In this document: piece by piece, positions 26,603-36,604 of the stretch
How the letters are laid out: each line of letters begins with the position of its first letter
Position numbering within the stretch: position 1 is the first letter of the stretch
Virus record (IMG/VR): IMGVR_UViG_3300042013_000065
Source of the DNA: a virus
DNA length: 64,000 bases
Reading direction: 5' to 3' (one strand)
Notes under the pieces: model-generated
What the model saw: the letters and a program-made list of their open reading frames with translations, nothing else
What the model was told of the DNA's origin: nothing
Database searches by the model: none
Translations under genes and position numbers: made by a program

Positions 26603-26908
26603 TCATGAATGTTTAGACAAATATGCGTCGATAATGTCTTGGTTGTATTCGTAATCTTTGTTCTGCGCCTGCATCAGTTGCTCAGGCACCCATTGCCACG
26701 TGAACATGCCTTCATCACCGTCGTCGAGTTCCGATTCAGGATCGTAGGCTTTCAGTTCCAAAACTTGATAGGAACTTTGTTTGATTTCGTCACCGCCGAG
26801 ATTGTGTGCAGCGTGGCTCTGCATCACAATTGCTTCGAACGATGTACCGTTAAAACCTGCGGCAACAATAACGCGAGTGCCGTAGTAAAACTTCTGAAAT
26901 TCAGTCAT
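26603..26908 (-). CDS. Hypothetical protein
   Basis: Start at MTEFQ (ATGA overlap). Confidence 0.7.
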   Translation of the reverse strand: MTEFQKFYYGTRVIVAAGFNGTSFEAIVMQSHAAHNLGGDEIKQSSYQVLELKAYDPESELDDGDEGMFTWQWVPEQLMQAQNKDYEYNQDIIDAYLSKHS

Positions 26909-27096
26909 TTTGGTTTGTGTCCGCAACGGCGGCAATGGCCGTAATCGAAATGGTTAGCTGGCAGAGGTTTGCAGCCGAAACGCATCACGCAGAAAATTGA
27001 TTTGCGTTTGCGTTGCATTGCGCTACCCCACGTACGGAAACCGCCAGCAACGAAACAGATAAACAGGATCAATGCAACGACGATTATCCAGCCCAT
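26905..27096 (-). CDS. Membrane-anchored small Cys/His protein
   Basis: N-terminal TM; GC...HCRRCG. Confidence 0.7.
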   Translation of the reverse strand: MGWIIVVALILFICFVAGGFRTWGSAMQRKRKSIFCVMRFGCKPLPANHFDYGHCRRCGHKPK

Positions 27097-27815
27097 TACA
27101 GTCTCGGCACGGTTGGTTCTGCTGCTTGGCCCATGTATTTCCCGGCACGATCAGCGTACGAAGTTTCGCATTCTTCGTCGCTTTCGAAGAACAACATTTG
27201 TGCAACGCCTTCGCCTGCGTAAATCTTTGCAGGAAGCGTTGTTGTGTTGCTGAATTCTAAAGTAACCGAGCCGCGCCATTCCGGCTCTAATGGGGTCACG
27301 TTTACGATGATACCGCAACGCGCATAGGTTGATTTGCCGAGGCATACCACCAAAACATTGCGCGGAATTTCCATCCATTCCATCGTGTTCGCAAGCGCAA
27401 AACTGTTCGGCGGAATGATGCAAACGCCGTCGTGTTCGTCTGCGTCAACTTCAACGAAATTGTTTGGATCGAAATTCTTCGGATCGACAACGGTTGTGTT
27501 GATGTTGGTGAACACTTTGAATTTGTTGCCACAACGAACGTCGTAACCGTACGAAGAAACGCCTGCACTGATAAGCTTGTTGCCGTCTTTGTCGTGGCGC
27601 AGTTGCTGTTCAAGAAACGGCGAAATCATTGGGCCGTATTCGTAGGTTTTCGTATCCCACTTAGAATCGCTTTCGCGACGGCGCATATTCTTCCAACGCT
27701 CGCCCTGTATGCTGTCCAACCAGAACGCGAATTTGCCGTCGTGCATAACGGCTGTGCGAGTACGCCCTTCAGGACGGCACATGGAACGAATCCATTTATC
27801 CGATTTGATGCTCAT
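27096..27815 (-). CDS. dcd: dCTP deaminase with N-terminal insertion
   Basis: [61 protein letters not shown]. Confidence 0.95.
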   Translation of the reverse strand: MSIKSDKWIRSMCRPEGRTRTAVMHDGKFAFWLDSIQGERWKNMRRRESDSKWDTKTYEYGPMISPFLEQQLRHDKDGNKLISAGVSSYGYDVRCGNKFKVFTNINTTVVDPKNFDPNNFVEVDADEHDGVCIIPPNSFALANTMEWMEIPRNVLVVCLGKSTYARCGIIVNVTPLEPEWRGSVTLEFSNTTTLPAKIYAGEGVAQMLFFESDEECETSYADRAGKYMGQAAEPTVPRL

Positions 27816-28234
27816 GCAATTTTCCCATCGTCAAAATCTTTCTTGAATTTCCGCACCAGTTCAACTGCACTGGCGTGTGAGATTGTAGGATAACCCCACT
27901 CAGGCCCAAGCAATATTGTGCCTTGTTTTGGAAGCGCTACAATGGCGTCCAAAAGATCCTCAATGCCTTTTTGCATATTCAGGATCATGACTTGTTCGTC
28001 GGTGTACGGCGGAATTTCGCATTCCGGCACTGGCGCTTTGTAGTCTTCAGGCTGTGGCAAACCACGTTCCACAATTTCGTGTGGTTTGAAATCGGCGAGC
28101 GTATATTTTTGATTGTTCAAATCGAGGTTACGCACAAGTTCCGCGCCGTCTGGTGTGTAATACCAGCAAACGAAATCGCCAGTCTTTCGATCCAGAATTG
28201 CGGTGAAGAAATCAACGCCATCGACATCAAGCAT
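27812..28234 (-). CDS. Hypothetical protein
   Basis: About 140-aa ORF. Confidence 0.7.
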   Translation of the reverse strand: MLDVDGVDFFTAILDRKTGDFVCWYYTPDGAELVRNLDLNNQKYTLADFKPHEIVERGLPQPEDYKAPVPECEIPPYTDEQVMILNMQKGIEDLLDAIVALPKQGTILLGPEWGYPTISHASAVELVRKFKKDFDDGKIA

Positions 28235-28673
28235 TTTGTGCAACCTCTTCTGGCAGTGGGAAACCGTGGTAATTCATTTCACCTTTCGACAGATACCACA
28301 CGCGCCAGAGCTTACCTTCGTCGCACAGTTTTTGTTCCAAATCTGCGTCGTAGTAGCCGACGAATTTATCGTCCACGGTAATGACGTGGTACGTTTCAAA
28401 ACCGTGGCGTGCAATCAGAGTTTGCAACCCGTCTTGTAGAACTTCCAATTGGCGCGATGCACCAAATGTCGCACTCTGTTCCAGTGCGTGTTTCAATTCC
28501 CGAACGAACTGCATACGCATGCTGTGTTGTGCACGGTGCAGGGTGTGTTCCCATTGACCGGTCATGATGTCGTCGCTTTCTTGCCATTCAACAATTTCAG
28601 CAGCGTGCGCAGTTTTCAAACGTTCAATTTCTGCCGCATGGTCTGCGAGCATTTCTTCTACGGTCGGCATCAT
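28227..28673 (-). CDS. Hypothetical protein
   Basis: 148-aa ORF. Confidence 0.75.
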   Translation of the reverse strand: MMPTVEEMLADHAAEIERLKTAHAAEIVEWQESDDIMTGQWEHTLHRAQHSMRMQFVRELKHALEQSATFGASRQLEVLQDGLQTLIARHGFETYHVITVDDKFVGYYDADLEQKLCDEGKLWRVWYLSKGEMNYHGFPLPEEVAQNA

Positions 28674-28849
28674 TGTGTTGTTCTCACAAATAATATGTCC
28701 AGCATTGCCAGACTGTTTGCAGCATTGACGTTAGGCACGATTATGCAACTAACGTCATCCGCGTGTTCGATTTCGTAATCACCTAACCTGTTTACAGTTT
28801 CCGTAATCAGGTCGGGATTGTCGTGATTGTCTATGTAGACTTCGATCAT
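28670..28849 (-). CDS. Small acidic protein (59 aa; absent from ORF track)
   Basis: MIEVYIDNHDNPDLITETVNRLGDYEIEHADDVSCIIVPNVNAANSLAMLDILFVRTTQ; ATGA overlaps at both ends. Confidence 0.7.
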   Translation of the reverse strand: MIEVYIDNHDNPDLITETVNRLGDYEIEHADDVSCIIVPNVNAANSLAMLDILFVRTTQ

Positions 28850-30108
28850 GTGAAGTTGCGACTGCTCGTATCGACGCCGGAATTAGACGCCTTTACTTTC
28901 GTTTTGGCAGCGCTTGTCCCGTTCGTGTTACCGGCTTCACCGATGAATGGGCGGTACATGTAAAAAACTTCTGAATACTTCGTGCCGTTTTTAATGACGA
29001 TGCACTTACCGCCGACAATGTATTTGCCGGTGACATCCGCAGGCGTTGGGGCCGCGCTGCCTTTCGCTCCCGCGCCCTGATTGAATTCAATTGATGTGAA
29101 ACTTCGCAACTCAGTAGCGCTATCGGTAATGGCAACAAGTCGCTCGCTAAAGAGCGAAAGTAAACGAACGTTTTGGTAGTATGCACGTTCGTAGTGTTCG
29201 TGAACATTGAAACCTTCCTCGGGGCCGGTGCCATAATCTAGGCCCGTGTACGAAACCCTTGAACCGCGTTCCTGCAATTGTGTGAGAACGTCCGGGTTAA
29301 CGGGGAGTCCTGCACCTTGTGCATTTATGTCGAGGGTTTCGATTGCTGAAAATTCATCCTCAAAACTATGTCCAAAGGATTTGTGCCCGTAGTTCACATA
29401 GTGCGTGAACAAACCGGCAACGCTTTTATCTTTTACGGCACGAACGTTGATTACTTTACCGCTACCGCCTGCGCCATCGGTGTTGTGAGCGAGCGAGAAT
29501 TTCGGTGTTTCATTCAGCAGTGCCATCAAATCTTTATAAATCAGTGTGCCGTCCATGGAAACGAGGCGAGCCATACAGCTTTGCTCATTCGCGTAACCAC
29601 GCATTGCAACGTCTTCAGAAAAAGCTAAACGTGTGGTGTTCAGGTTCAGCCAATTCTGATTATCGTCTGTAGTTTTTGCAGGGCCGTCGTATTTCAAACC
29701 ACTCAGTTCTGCCATTTGCTGCATGACCAAACTGGTAGAGCCTTCGAAGTATTCCGAATAGGCACCGGCACCGAATTTAGGAGCATCAAATATCAAAACG
29801 ATTGAGAGGATTTTACCGGTAGACGAACGCGTACGTGACCAACCAAACACACGGTATTTATACGACGGCGCTTCCTGTGCAGACTTCCCTAAACGGATCG
29901 TTACAAGCGTTCCGTTTTTCAGGTTTAAATCACGGCTAAGCTTGTCGTCCTCGTCATAAAGACGCATACGCATAACCGGCAGACCCATGCCGAAACCATC
30001 CATGATCAAAATCGTTTCAATCATGTTCATAGACGGCGGCACGCTGGCGTTTTCAATGTCCAGCGTACAGAAAGCAAGGCCGTCAATATTCAGCGCTGCC
30101 TGTGCCAT
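28846..30108 (-). CDS. Probable baseplate hub protein (gp27/gp44-like)
   Basis: Position after wedge gene; size and beta-rich N-terminus consistent with hub proteins. Confidence 0.5.
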   Translation of the reverse strand: MAQAALNIDGLAFCTLDIENASVPPSMNMIETILIMDGFGMGLPVMRMRLYDEDDKLSRDLNLKNGTLVTIRLGKSAQEAPSYKYRVFGWSRTRSSTGKILSIVLIFDAPKFGAGAYSEYFEGSTSLVMQQMAELSGLKYDGPAKTTDDNQNWLNLNTTRLAFSEDVAMRGYANEQSCMARLVSMDGTLIYKDLMALLNETPKFSLAHNTDGAGGSGKVINVRAVKDKSVAGLFTHYVNYGHKSFGHSFEDEFSAIETLDINAQGAGLPVNPDVLTQLQERGSRVSYTGLDYGTGPEEGFNVHEHYERAYYQNVRLLSLFSERLVAITDSATELRSFTSIEFNQGAGAKGSAAPTPADVTGKYIVGGKCIVIKNGTKYSEVFYMYRPFIGEAGNTNGTSAAKTKVKASNSGVDTSSRNFT

Positions 30109-30117
30109 GTTTATTCC

Positions 30118-30444
30118 TCAGAAAGTAATGACGGTACTAACGGCTGTTTCCGATTTTACGCGTTGCAGTCGTGTCGTCATTTCGTTGATATCGGGAATTC
30201 GAATTCTCATACCAGCTTTCAAATCCCAAATATCTTCAATTGCGTTGTAGACCATGATTGCACGCCACCACCGCACGTCGCGGTAATAGTTGAATGCAAT
30301 CAAGCCGGGGTTATATTCTTCTTGTGTCTTTACAGTTTGCGTCTGATAAGACGTGGTGCCTTCAATGGCTTCGTACGATTGATCCAGCAACGGATCAAAA
30401 CCGAATTCATCCACTCGCATAAAATCACGTTGTTCTGAAAGCAT
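30118..30444 (-). CDS. Baseplate wedge / LysM-like protein (T4 gp53-like)
   Basis: PGLIAFNYYRDVRWWRAIMVYN.I.D..DL..GM.IRIP. Confidence 0.65.
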   Translation of the reverse strand: MLSEQRDFMRVDEFGFDPLLDQSYEAIEGTTSYQTQTVKTQEEYNPGLIAFNYYRDVRWWRAIMVYNAIEDIWDLKAGMRIRIPDINEMTTRLQRVKSETAVSTVITF

Positions 30445-30453
30445 TTGTCCTCC

Positions 30454-31170
30454 TTAGAAGACGCCGAAGAATTTATCGAGGTCTTCTTTAGTGGTTGTCC
30501 AGTACGCTTCAAACGTCACGTTAATTGTCGCCGCAATCGGTTGCCCGTCTTTGTCGAACTGCGTATCGAACGTACAGTTCACGTCCGTAATGATGCACGG
30601 TGTGAACACAAGAAAACGTCCAATACTTAACGTGATGTCATCACCGCCCAATTGCACACCACCGCTGAAATCTCCCGAAAGCATTGCAGAAGCATTGCCA
30701 ACGTGCGGGCCGGGGGCCATAAGCATTCCGGCCACGCCTTCAGATGGTGCCACCAATTGCAAAAGCTTTTTCATTTTGTCGGTAACTTCTTCACGCGCAT
30801 TGTCGTAAGCAGTAACAACAAAAGGAATGGAAAGTGTGAGCGTCGAACCAGACGACCACACAGCACCACTCAAGTTTTTGTTAACCGATGTTGCGCCTGT
30901 AGTAGCACGCAAAATCGTTTCGGCACTTTGCGCACCGCCGCCAGCACCAGCAGCATCACCAGCGCTTTGCGACAAAGGTTGAGCAAACGGTCGATCATAT
31001 TGCGAAGCCAATTGCATCGAAAAGTTTTCGGGCAATGGCGTATCCATGTTGATGTAAGATTCCCCGTCACGTCGCACGTCCAATTGCGCAGTATAAATAC
31101 TGGAAATTTCAGGACGTGCACGCGGGGTACTCGGAGGTGGTGAAGGGTTGACCGTGTTAGCAGTTGCCAT
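30454..31170 (-). CDS. Probable tail tube initiator / baseplate cap (gp48/gp54-like)
   Basis: Tube-fold-like C-terminus PCIITDVNCTFD...PIAATINVTFE; synteny. Confidence 0.55.
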   Translation of the reverse strand: MATANTVNPSPPPSTPRARPEISSIYTAQLDVRRDGESYINMDTPLPENFSMQLASQYDRPFAQPLSQSAGDAAGAGGGAQSAETILRATTGATSVNKNLSGAVWSSGSTLTLSIPFVVTAYDNAREEVTDKMKKLLQLVAPSEGVAGMLMAPGPHVGNASAMLSGDFSGGVQLGGDDITLSIGRFLVFTPCIITDVNCTFDTQFDKDGQPIAATINVTFEAYWTTTKEDLDKFFGVF

Positions 31171-34100
31171 TAGCAATATCCTGAATTGATGAACAGTAAA
31201 CCGTAGTCGTCGAGCATTGCAGGAATTTCGTCGAGTTGTGGCATATCAGAACCACCGCCCGCGCCTGCGCCGCCACCAGCAGCACCAGAACCCGCAGCAG
31301 GCCCGCCAGCAACAGCCGGTGCGCTTTCTTGAGGTGGTGCACTAACAACGTTAACCGATTGCACTGGATCGTATGCTTGACGCGTTGCTTCGACCGGTGC
31401 TGTCGTTGTTTGCACTGGCATTACAGAAGCCGGTGCCATTGTCGCTGCTTTCGCCACGATTGGTTGTTCATTTGCATAATACGAAGGTGATGCAGGACTG
31501 GTAAAAGATTGCACTGGCGAAACAGTTGGTTCCATTGGTTTAGGACGATCCTGCGCCATGGAAAACAAACCACCAATTGCCGCCGATGCAGCCATATCAA
31601 TCATGCTGTCTTTGCCGGGTTTTTGGCCGCGTGTTAAGCCGTCAATAATTCCGCCAATTTGACCATTCATTCCGGGGATGCCCAAACCTTGAGAACCCAA
31701 TACACCAGACACAGACGGCGGCGTGTAGGAAACAGAACCTTTTCCGCGAACGCCTTTGTTCATGTTGATGCCGCCGAGAACGCCACCACTAATACCGCCA
31801 CCAACACCTGCACCGCTTTGATAAATCGTTGGTTTAATTCCGAATCTATCAAGCAAGCCCGGTTCCTTTTGAACTCCATTCGGCCCCATTACAGGCCCGT
31901 TAGGATTTGCACCAAAAGGATTGCCGCTTTGAACTGCCGCGCCGCCTTGTGGATTCTTGAACAATTCCGCAGTGCTTTGAATTTGTCCTGTCTGCACACC
32001 CGGCGTTGCCATCGTGTTGATTTTTCCGCCACGATAATTGAGGTCTTCGTACGGTTGACCATTCACGTCTAGCGCGACTTGTCCCGGCTTTCCGTCCAAT
32101 CCATATGCAGCACCGTTCGTGAAAATATCAGGATCATTTGGGCGTGGTGTTGTTTTCATTCCGTTGAGCGCAGGAGGCAAACCACCAGCCGTAACCATTG
32201 GTGGCATTGGCTCGCCGGGTTTCATCACCTTCTGCCCTTCAGCATCTTTTGCACTCAATCCATATGCAGCCGGATTGGTGAAAATATCAGGCGGAACTTT
32301 CCGTGGATCACCGCCAGAACTTTTCAGATACTGTTCATACATTGCTTGCTGTTCTGGTGTGCGATTTGCTGCGTCGATTTTCTCGGCACCGCCACCCTGC
32401 GCAGTTGTAGAAACTTCACCTTCTTTTCCAGCGCCAGCAGCAGGAGGTTCGCCGGTTGTGGTTGGATCAGCGCCGCCAGCAATTGCAGACTGCATGCTTT
32501 GCACTTCGGCTTCAGCTTTTGCATTCTCTTTCGTGACTGCTTGGCGTGTGCCTTCTTCAGCGCTAACAACTTGCGATTCGCCAACTTTATTCAGTTCCTG
32601 TTCCGCAGCTTTTTGCATTACTTGCGGACTTGGAGCCGAACCAGAAGTGGAAACACCGCCACCACCTTTACCAGCACCGACCATTTCAACGTGCCAAGGC
32701 TCGTTAGAAAGTGGGCGATGGAAACCGTATTTCTTAAACATTCCTGATTGCTCAAGTTTGCCAGCAGAATTACGGTCGATGTCGATTGCAAAACCAGATT
32801 CGTGGCGCGATGTACCCGGACGTGCAACACGTTTGGTATTTCGTCCGTATTTTACCCACAAAGCTTCTTGCTCAGCGCGGGTACGGAATGCAGAAGCAGA
32901 AGTAACTGTGCCACCACCGAAATTCGTTACCCAATCACCAACCATGGTGAAGAAAGCTTTCTGAAATTTCGGATTCAAACCAGCAAGGTTTACACTGGAG
33001 TCAGCAGGAACAACGTTCTTCACACCAATGTTGAAAAAGTTTCCGTTATCCTGATATTCCACACCAGCATTTGCGCCAGCTTCGTCAGCGTTACCAGATG
33101 CACCAGAAGCAGAACCGCCGCCCGGTGCCATAACGCCTACAGTGCCGTTTGAAGAACCACCGCCACCACCGCCGTTTCCAGAAGCGAGCATTAGGTTTGG
33201 TTTACCGCCGAAACTCTTTTGAGCAGCAGCAAATTCACCAGTACCGGCCATAGCCGATCCCATGCCTTTGTAATTCGATCCTGCAACAGAACCGTTACCG
33301 CTATTTTCCGTTTCCAGCAGGTTGTTCAATGCAGCGGTTTCTTTCCAGCCGCGTTCCTGCATTGCAACTTGTGTTTCTTTACTGCTGGAACGAAACAGAG
33401 AACCGACGTTGTACGTACGATATTTCTGAATGCGGTCAATGATTTCCTTGTCGCTCATTGACGCAGCATCACGGTTGCCGAACGCTTGCGAAATAATGTC
33501 CTGCGCGCCAGACGCACCGTGTTGAACAGAAAGCGAATACATCAATTCCTGTACAGCGCGGCTACGTTCGTTAACGTCGATACCGTATTGTTTGTTTACC
33601 CAGCTCGACAGCGGATCGAAATGCGTCTTTTTAATGAACGCTTTCTGTGCGCCTTCCATACCCTCTTTGTCGTTCTTCACAACGTCGAGGTATTTCTCGT
33701 TGAATTCTTTGGAGCCTGCTTTCAGACCACGGAATTCATTGTAATATTTCGAGCCTTCTTCAGAACGCAGGAACGCATTCATGGTGCCCGATTTAGAACT
33801 GAGTTGGTGCGTGCCGTAACTTACACCGCCGTTGTCGCCTTTCCCTGTAGAAACGGTTTCAACGCCGCGATTACCAGATTCAAAATAAGCAGATACAGAA
33901 CCGAGGCCACCTTCTTTTCCTTTCTTGGTAGCGCCTGCAATATCACCCGCGAATTTTGGATTCTGTGCCATCATCGCCATTTGATCGCCGCCGATGCCGC
34001 CAAGTGCGTCACCTACAACGTCTTTTGTCGATTGCCAACCGCGTGCAACTGTTCCTGCATTTTTCACATCATAACGGTAGTTGTCGCTGGCAGCTTCCAT

Positions 34101-34856
34101 TGCTTTGCCGCCGTAGAAAGCTGTAGCGAGCGCAAGAAGAGGGCCAGCCATGCGGAGCAAACCACCGGCACCACCACCCATACCTCCCAAACGACCACCG
34201 GCACCACCTAAGCGACCGCCGAAATCTTGAATCTTTGGAATCAAACCTTTTTTGCCACGTTGGAACCGACCGCGTTCGTCACGATCCATTCCGCGTGCAC
34301 GTTCGCTACGTTGACGGCGCAAGTCTTCGGAAATTTCACGACGACGTTGGCGCTGTTCCTGCATAGCCATTTGTTTTTCTTGAATGCGTTCGAACTGGCC
34401 TTCGTACGTATTCCCTTTTGCACTTTGCTGAACTTTGGGATTGAGTTTGTTCCCTTCTTTCTGCATGTATTCGTAAAGACGTTCCACCACTTGTGATACG
34501 TCTTTTGTCGCGCGGATTTGATCGTGCATCAGACCCGTTTGTTGTGCCAGAACTTGCGATTGTTTGTTGACCGCAACGCCTTGTGATTTCATGACATCGG
34601 TTTGATGCTCAATCAATGCGCTATTGTCCGGCCCGCGAATGTTCACCGATGGATGCGCGATACGTTCGGCACGGCCTGTAACATTTCGTGGGGCGTACTG
34701 CGAAGGGCGGCGTGTTCCGTTTCCTTGGCGTTCGCTGATTTCCACGTGATGTTCATTTGCACCGCGAGAATGCTGCATAAGCGCGCTGCCCTTTTGAGGC
34801 TTCGAACGCGGATCATGCTTTCCCGCAATTGCATTTAATTCTGACAGCTTTGCCAT
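31170..34856 (-). CDS. Tape-measure-like tail protein with VgrG3-type muramidase and M15 (VanY-like) peptidase domains
   Basis: SAYFESG..G.ETVSTGKGDNGGVSYGTHQL; SAFRT..EQ..LW...ARPGTSRHESGFAID...EPWHVE; long Gly/Ala/Gln-rich regions; follows tube and assembly genes. Confidence 0.75.
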   Translation of the reverse strand: MAKLSELNAIAGKHDPRSKPQKGSALMQHSRGANEHHVEISERQGNGTRRPSQYAPRNVTGRAERIAHPSVNIRGPDNSALIEHQTDVMKSQGVAVNKQSQVLAQQTGLMHDQIRATKDVSQVVERLYEYMQKEGNKLNPKVQQSAKGNTYEGQFERIQEKQMAMQEQRQRRREISEDLRRQRSERARGMDRDERGRFQRGKKGLIPKIQDFGGRLGGAGGRLGGMGGGAGGLLRMAGPLLALATAFYGGKAMEAASDNYRYDVKNAGTVARGWQSTKDVVGDALGGIGGDQMAMMAQNPKFAGDIAGATKKGKEGGLGSVSAYFESGNRGVETVSTGKGDNGGVSYGTHQLSSKSGTMNAFLRSEEGSKYYNEFRGLKAGSKEFNEKYLDVVKNDKEGMEGAQKAFIKKTHFDPLSSWVNKQYGIDVNERSRAVQELMYSLSVQHGASGAQDIISQAFGNRDAASMSDKEIIDRIQKYRTYNVGSLFRSSSKETQVAMQERGWKETAALNNLLETENSGNGSVAGSNYKGMGSAMAGTGEFAAAQKSFGGKPNLMLASGNGGGGGGSSNGTVGVMAPGGGSASGASGNADEAGANAGVEYQDNGNFFNIGVKNVVPADSSVNLAGLNPKFQKAFFTMVGDWVTNFGGGTVTSASAFRTRAEQEALWVKYGRNTKRVARPGTSRHESGFAIDIDRNSAGKLEQSGMFKKYGFHRPLSNEPWHVEMVGAGKGGGGVSTSGSAPSPQVMQKAAEQELNKVGESQVVSAEEGTRQAVTKENAKAEAEVQSMQSAIAGGADPTTTGEPPAAGAGKEGEVSTTAQGGGAEKIDAANRTPEQQAMYEQYLKSSGGDPRKVPPDIFTNPAAYGLSAKDAEGQKVMKPGEPMPPMVTAGGLPPALNGMKTTPRPNDPDIFTNGAAYGLDGKPGQVALDVNGQPYEDLNYRGGKINTMATPGVQTGQIQSTAELFKNPQGGAAVQSGNPFGANPNGPVMGPNGVQKEPGLLDRFGIKPTIYQSGAGVGGGISGGVLGGINMNKGVRGKGSVSYTPPSVSGVLGSQGLGIPGMNGQIGGIIDGLTRGQKPGKDSMIDMAASAAIGGLFSMAQDRPKPMEPTVSPVQSFTSPASPSYYANEQPIVAKAATMAPASVMPVQTTTAPVEATRQAYDPVQSVNVVSAPPQESAPAVAGGPAAGSGAAGGGAGAGGGSDMPQLDEIPAMLDDYGLLFINSGYC

Positions 34857-35818
34857 TATCTAAACCCCTTGCGATGCTGCGCGGCCCGTTCTTTTGCAGC
34901 TTGCTCAGACTTGCGACGGTCATCAACCAATGTGCTGTGGTGATACATCAGCATTTGTGCAGGCATTTTCAGGTTAGGACTCGCACCGAACTGCGCCATC
35001 AAATTGTACGTCATGTTGTACACGTCTTTGTCGCTATTGTCGGCGAAGAACTTCAGCAAACACGGCGTCGATTCGTGCATCTTGACATGGTTGCAGTCAG
35101 AGCAACGCAACTGAATCTCTTCAGTGATACCGTGGAAGTGCGCATTCTTTATGCGTTCGATTTCTTCCCACAATTTGAAATCCTTTTGGGAATCCAAATA
35201 CATGAGTTTTGCTTTGAGTGTTTTGCCTTTGCGAATCCACCGGGCCAAGTCTGCTTTGTACCGCATGTGCGGATTGTCATCGACGTATTCGTGAAAGTCA
35301 GCCAGCGTGCTTACGCGTGCGAAATCAATTTCAGGATGGTCAATGACTTGCAGATTTTCGTCTTCCAGCGTGTGAATTTTAATCGCCGTGCTTTTGATCA
35401 GGTTGACGTTATCACGACCGCACGCCTTCAACACGTAGCCTTTAATTTCAGCTTCTTTCCGTGAGAGGTCGCGGTAAATGTTTCCTACATCATCCTGATA
35501 AAGCATGTTCGTACAAATGTACTTTGCTTGCAGTGGCGTTTCAGGAAAAGATTGCCGACGAATCCATGCCATCACGTAGCACAAATCACCGTCAGTCAAT
35601 TGCGAAAGGTCAGCACTACAAGCCATTTGAACGGCACGGATAACGTGTTCATGTGCGCGCACTCGGGTGTTCATGCCGTAGTGCAGCAGCGGTAATTCTT
35701 CTGCCGCAAATTGACGAACATAAAACCTGTCGTAGTCGTATGTTTTACCGCCGCTGGGCATATCGCCGATATCGAAATACCGGGCGTCCGAGTAATAGGC
35801 ATTCTGGCTTGTAGTCAT
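34856..35818 (-). CDS. T4 gp26-like baseplate hub assembly protein, paralog 2
   Basis: MPSGGKTY...VRQF...L...QLTDGDL.YVMAWIR..S; Cys pairs. Confidence 0.6.
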   Translation of the reverse strand: MTTSQNAYYSDARYFDIGDMPSGGKTYDYDRFYVRQFAAEELPLLHYGMNTRVRAHEHVIRAVQMACSADLSQLTDGDLCYVMAWIRRQSFPETPLQAKYICTNMLYQDDVGNIYRDLSRKEAEIKGYVLKACGRDNVNLIKSTAIKIHTLEDENLQVIDHPEIDFARVSTLADFHEYVDDNPHMRYKADLARWIRKGKTLKAKLMYLDSQKDFKLWEEIERIKNAHFHGITEEIQLRCSDCNHVKMHESTPCLLKFFADNSDKDVYNMTYNLMAQFGASPNLKMPAQMLMYHHSTLVDDRRKSEQAAKERAAQHRKGFR

Positions 35819-35821
35819 TGC

Positions 35822-36604
35822 TTACTCCATAAAGAAAGAGTGAGCGTCAATCGCAACGTCGAAAGCATGGTCGATACCGCAACGTTCGCACGATTTATAA
35901 ACACGTTGCAAAATACCGTGTTCGTATTCGAAGTTTGCGCGTGCTGCTATGTCGAACAGTTCCATGGAATCCGATTCCAGAACGAGGTTCAATTTAGCGT
36001 GCAGTGTTTGACCTTCTTTGATGTAGCGCACTGGCCCAATCAATTTCTTGTAACGGTTTTCTTCCCGCAGTCCAACGTATTCAACCATGTGCATTGCACG
36101 TGGGTAATCCAGTCGTGGATCGAGTGGATCTTCTTTCATGAACTTGACAGAGAAATCTTCGAATTTTACTTCGACTTTGTTGTGATGGTGACAATCGTTT
36201 TCGATGAAATCAATTGTGCGTGGGTCTTCCATTTCGGCCTGTGCTTCAGTGCCTTCGGCGAGTTCCCATTGCTCAACCATTTGGTCGATGTCGGAGATTG
36301 TGTATTCTTTGTCGTCGTCTTTACGAGTGAAGTAAACACCACCACATTCCCAATCAGAATAGATCGGCAAGTCGCGGCTGTTGAAACGCAGCCATGCGAG
36401 AATGTAATAGAAATCACCATCGGTTAATTGCTTGGCGTCGAAATCCACAACCATGGAAACGGCTTCGATCAGCGGCGCGTTGTTCCGTGCGTAAATCGCT
36501 TCAGAAACAAACGACATGTGCACCGGACGGAAAGGAGAAACGTTGATTTCCTTAACTGCGTACGGGATGCCGCGAGACGGGAGTTTAGCGCATTCAAATT
36601 TCAT
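35822..36604 (-). CDS. T4 gp26-like baseplate hub assembly protein, paralog 1
   Basis: LPSRGIPY...INVSPF...QLTDGDFYYILAWLR.NS; CERC. Confidence 0.6.
   Translation of the reverse strand: MKFECAKLPSRGIPYAVKEINVSPFRPVHMSFVSEAIYARNNAPLIEAVSMVVDFDAKQLTDGDFYYILAWLRFNSRDLPIYSDWECGGVYFTRKDDDKEYTISDIDQMVEQWELAEGTEAQAEMEDPRTIDFIENDCHHHNKVEVKFEDFSVKFMKEDPLDPRLDYPRAMHMVEYVGLREENRYKKLIGPVRYIKEGQTLHAKLNLVLESDSMELFDIAARANFEYEHGILQRVYKSCERCGIDHAFDVAIDAHSFFME

Noticed and set aside
26603-26908. Resemblance to HspQ/YccV SH3-like proteins
   Set aside because: Only a vague pattern; cannot be supported without a profile search.
27630-27770. dcd insertion as an intein or intron
   Set aside because: No Cys/Ser...His-Asn termini, it is too short, it is in frame, and no group I structure was recognised.
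35819-35824. Possible stop-codon readthrough between gp26-like paralogs
   Set aside because: TAA is rarely read through, and the second gene has its own ATG and a GGAG RBS.
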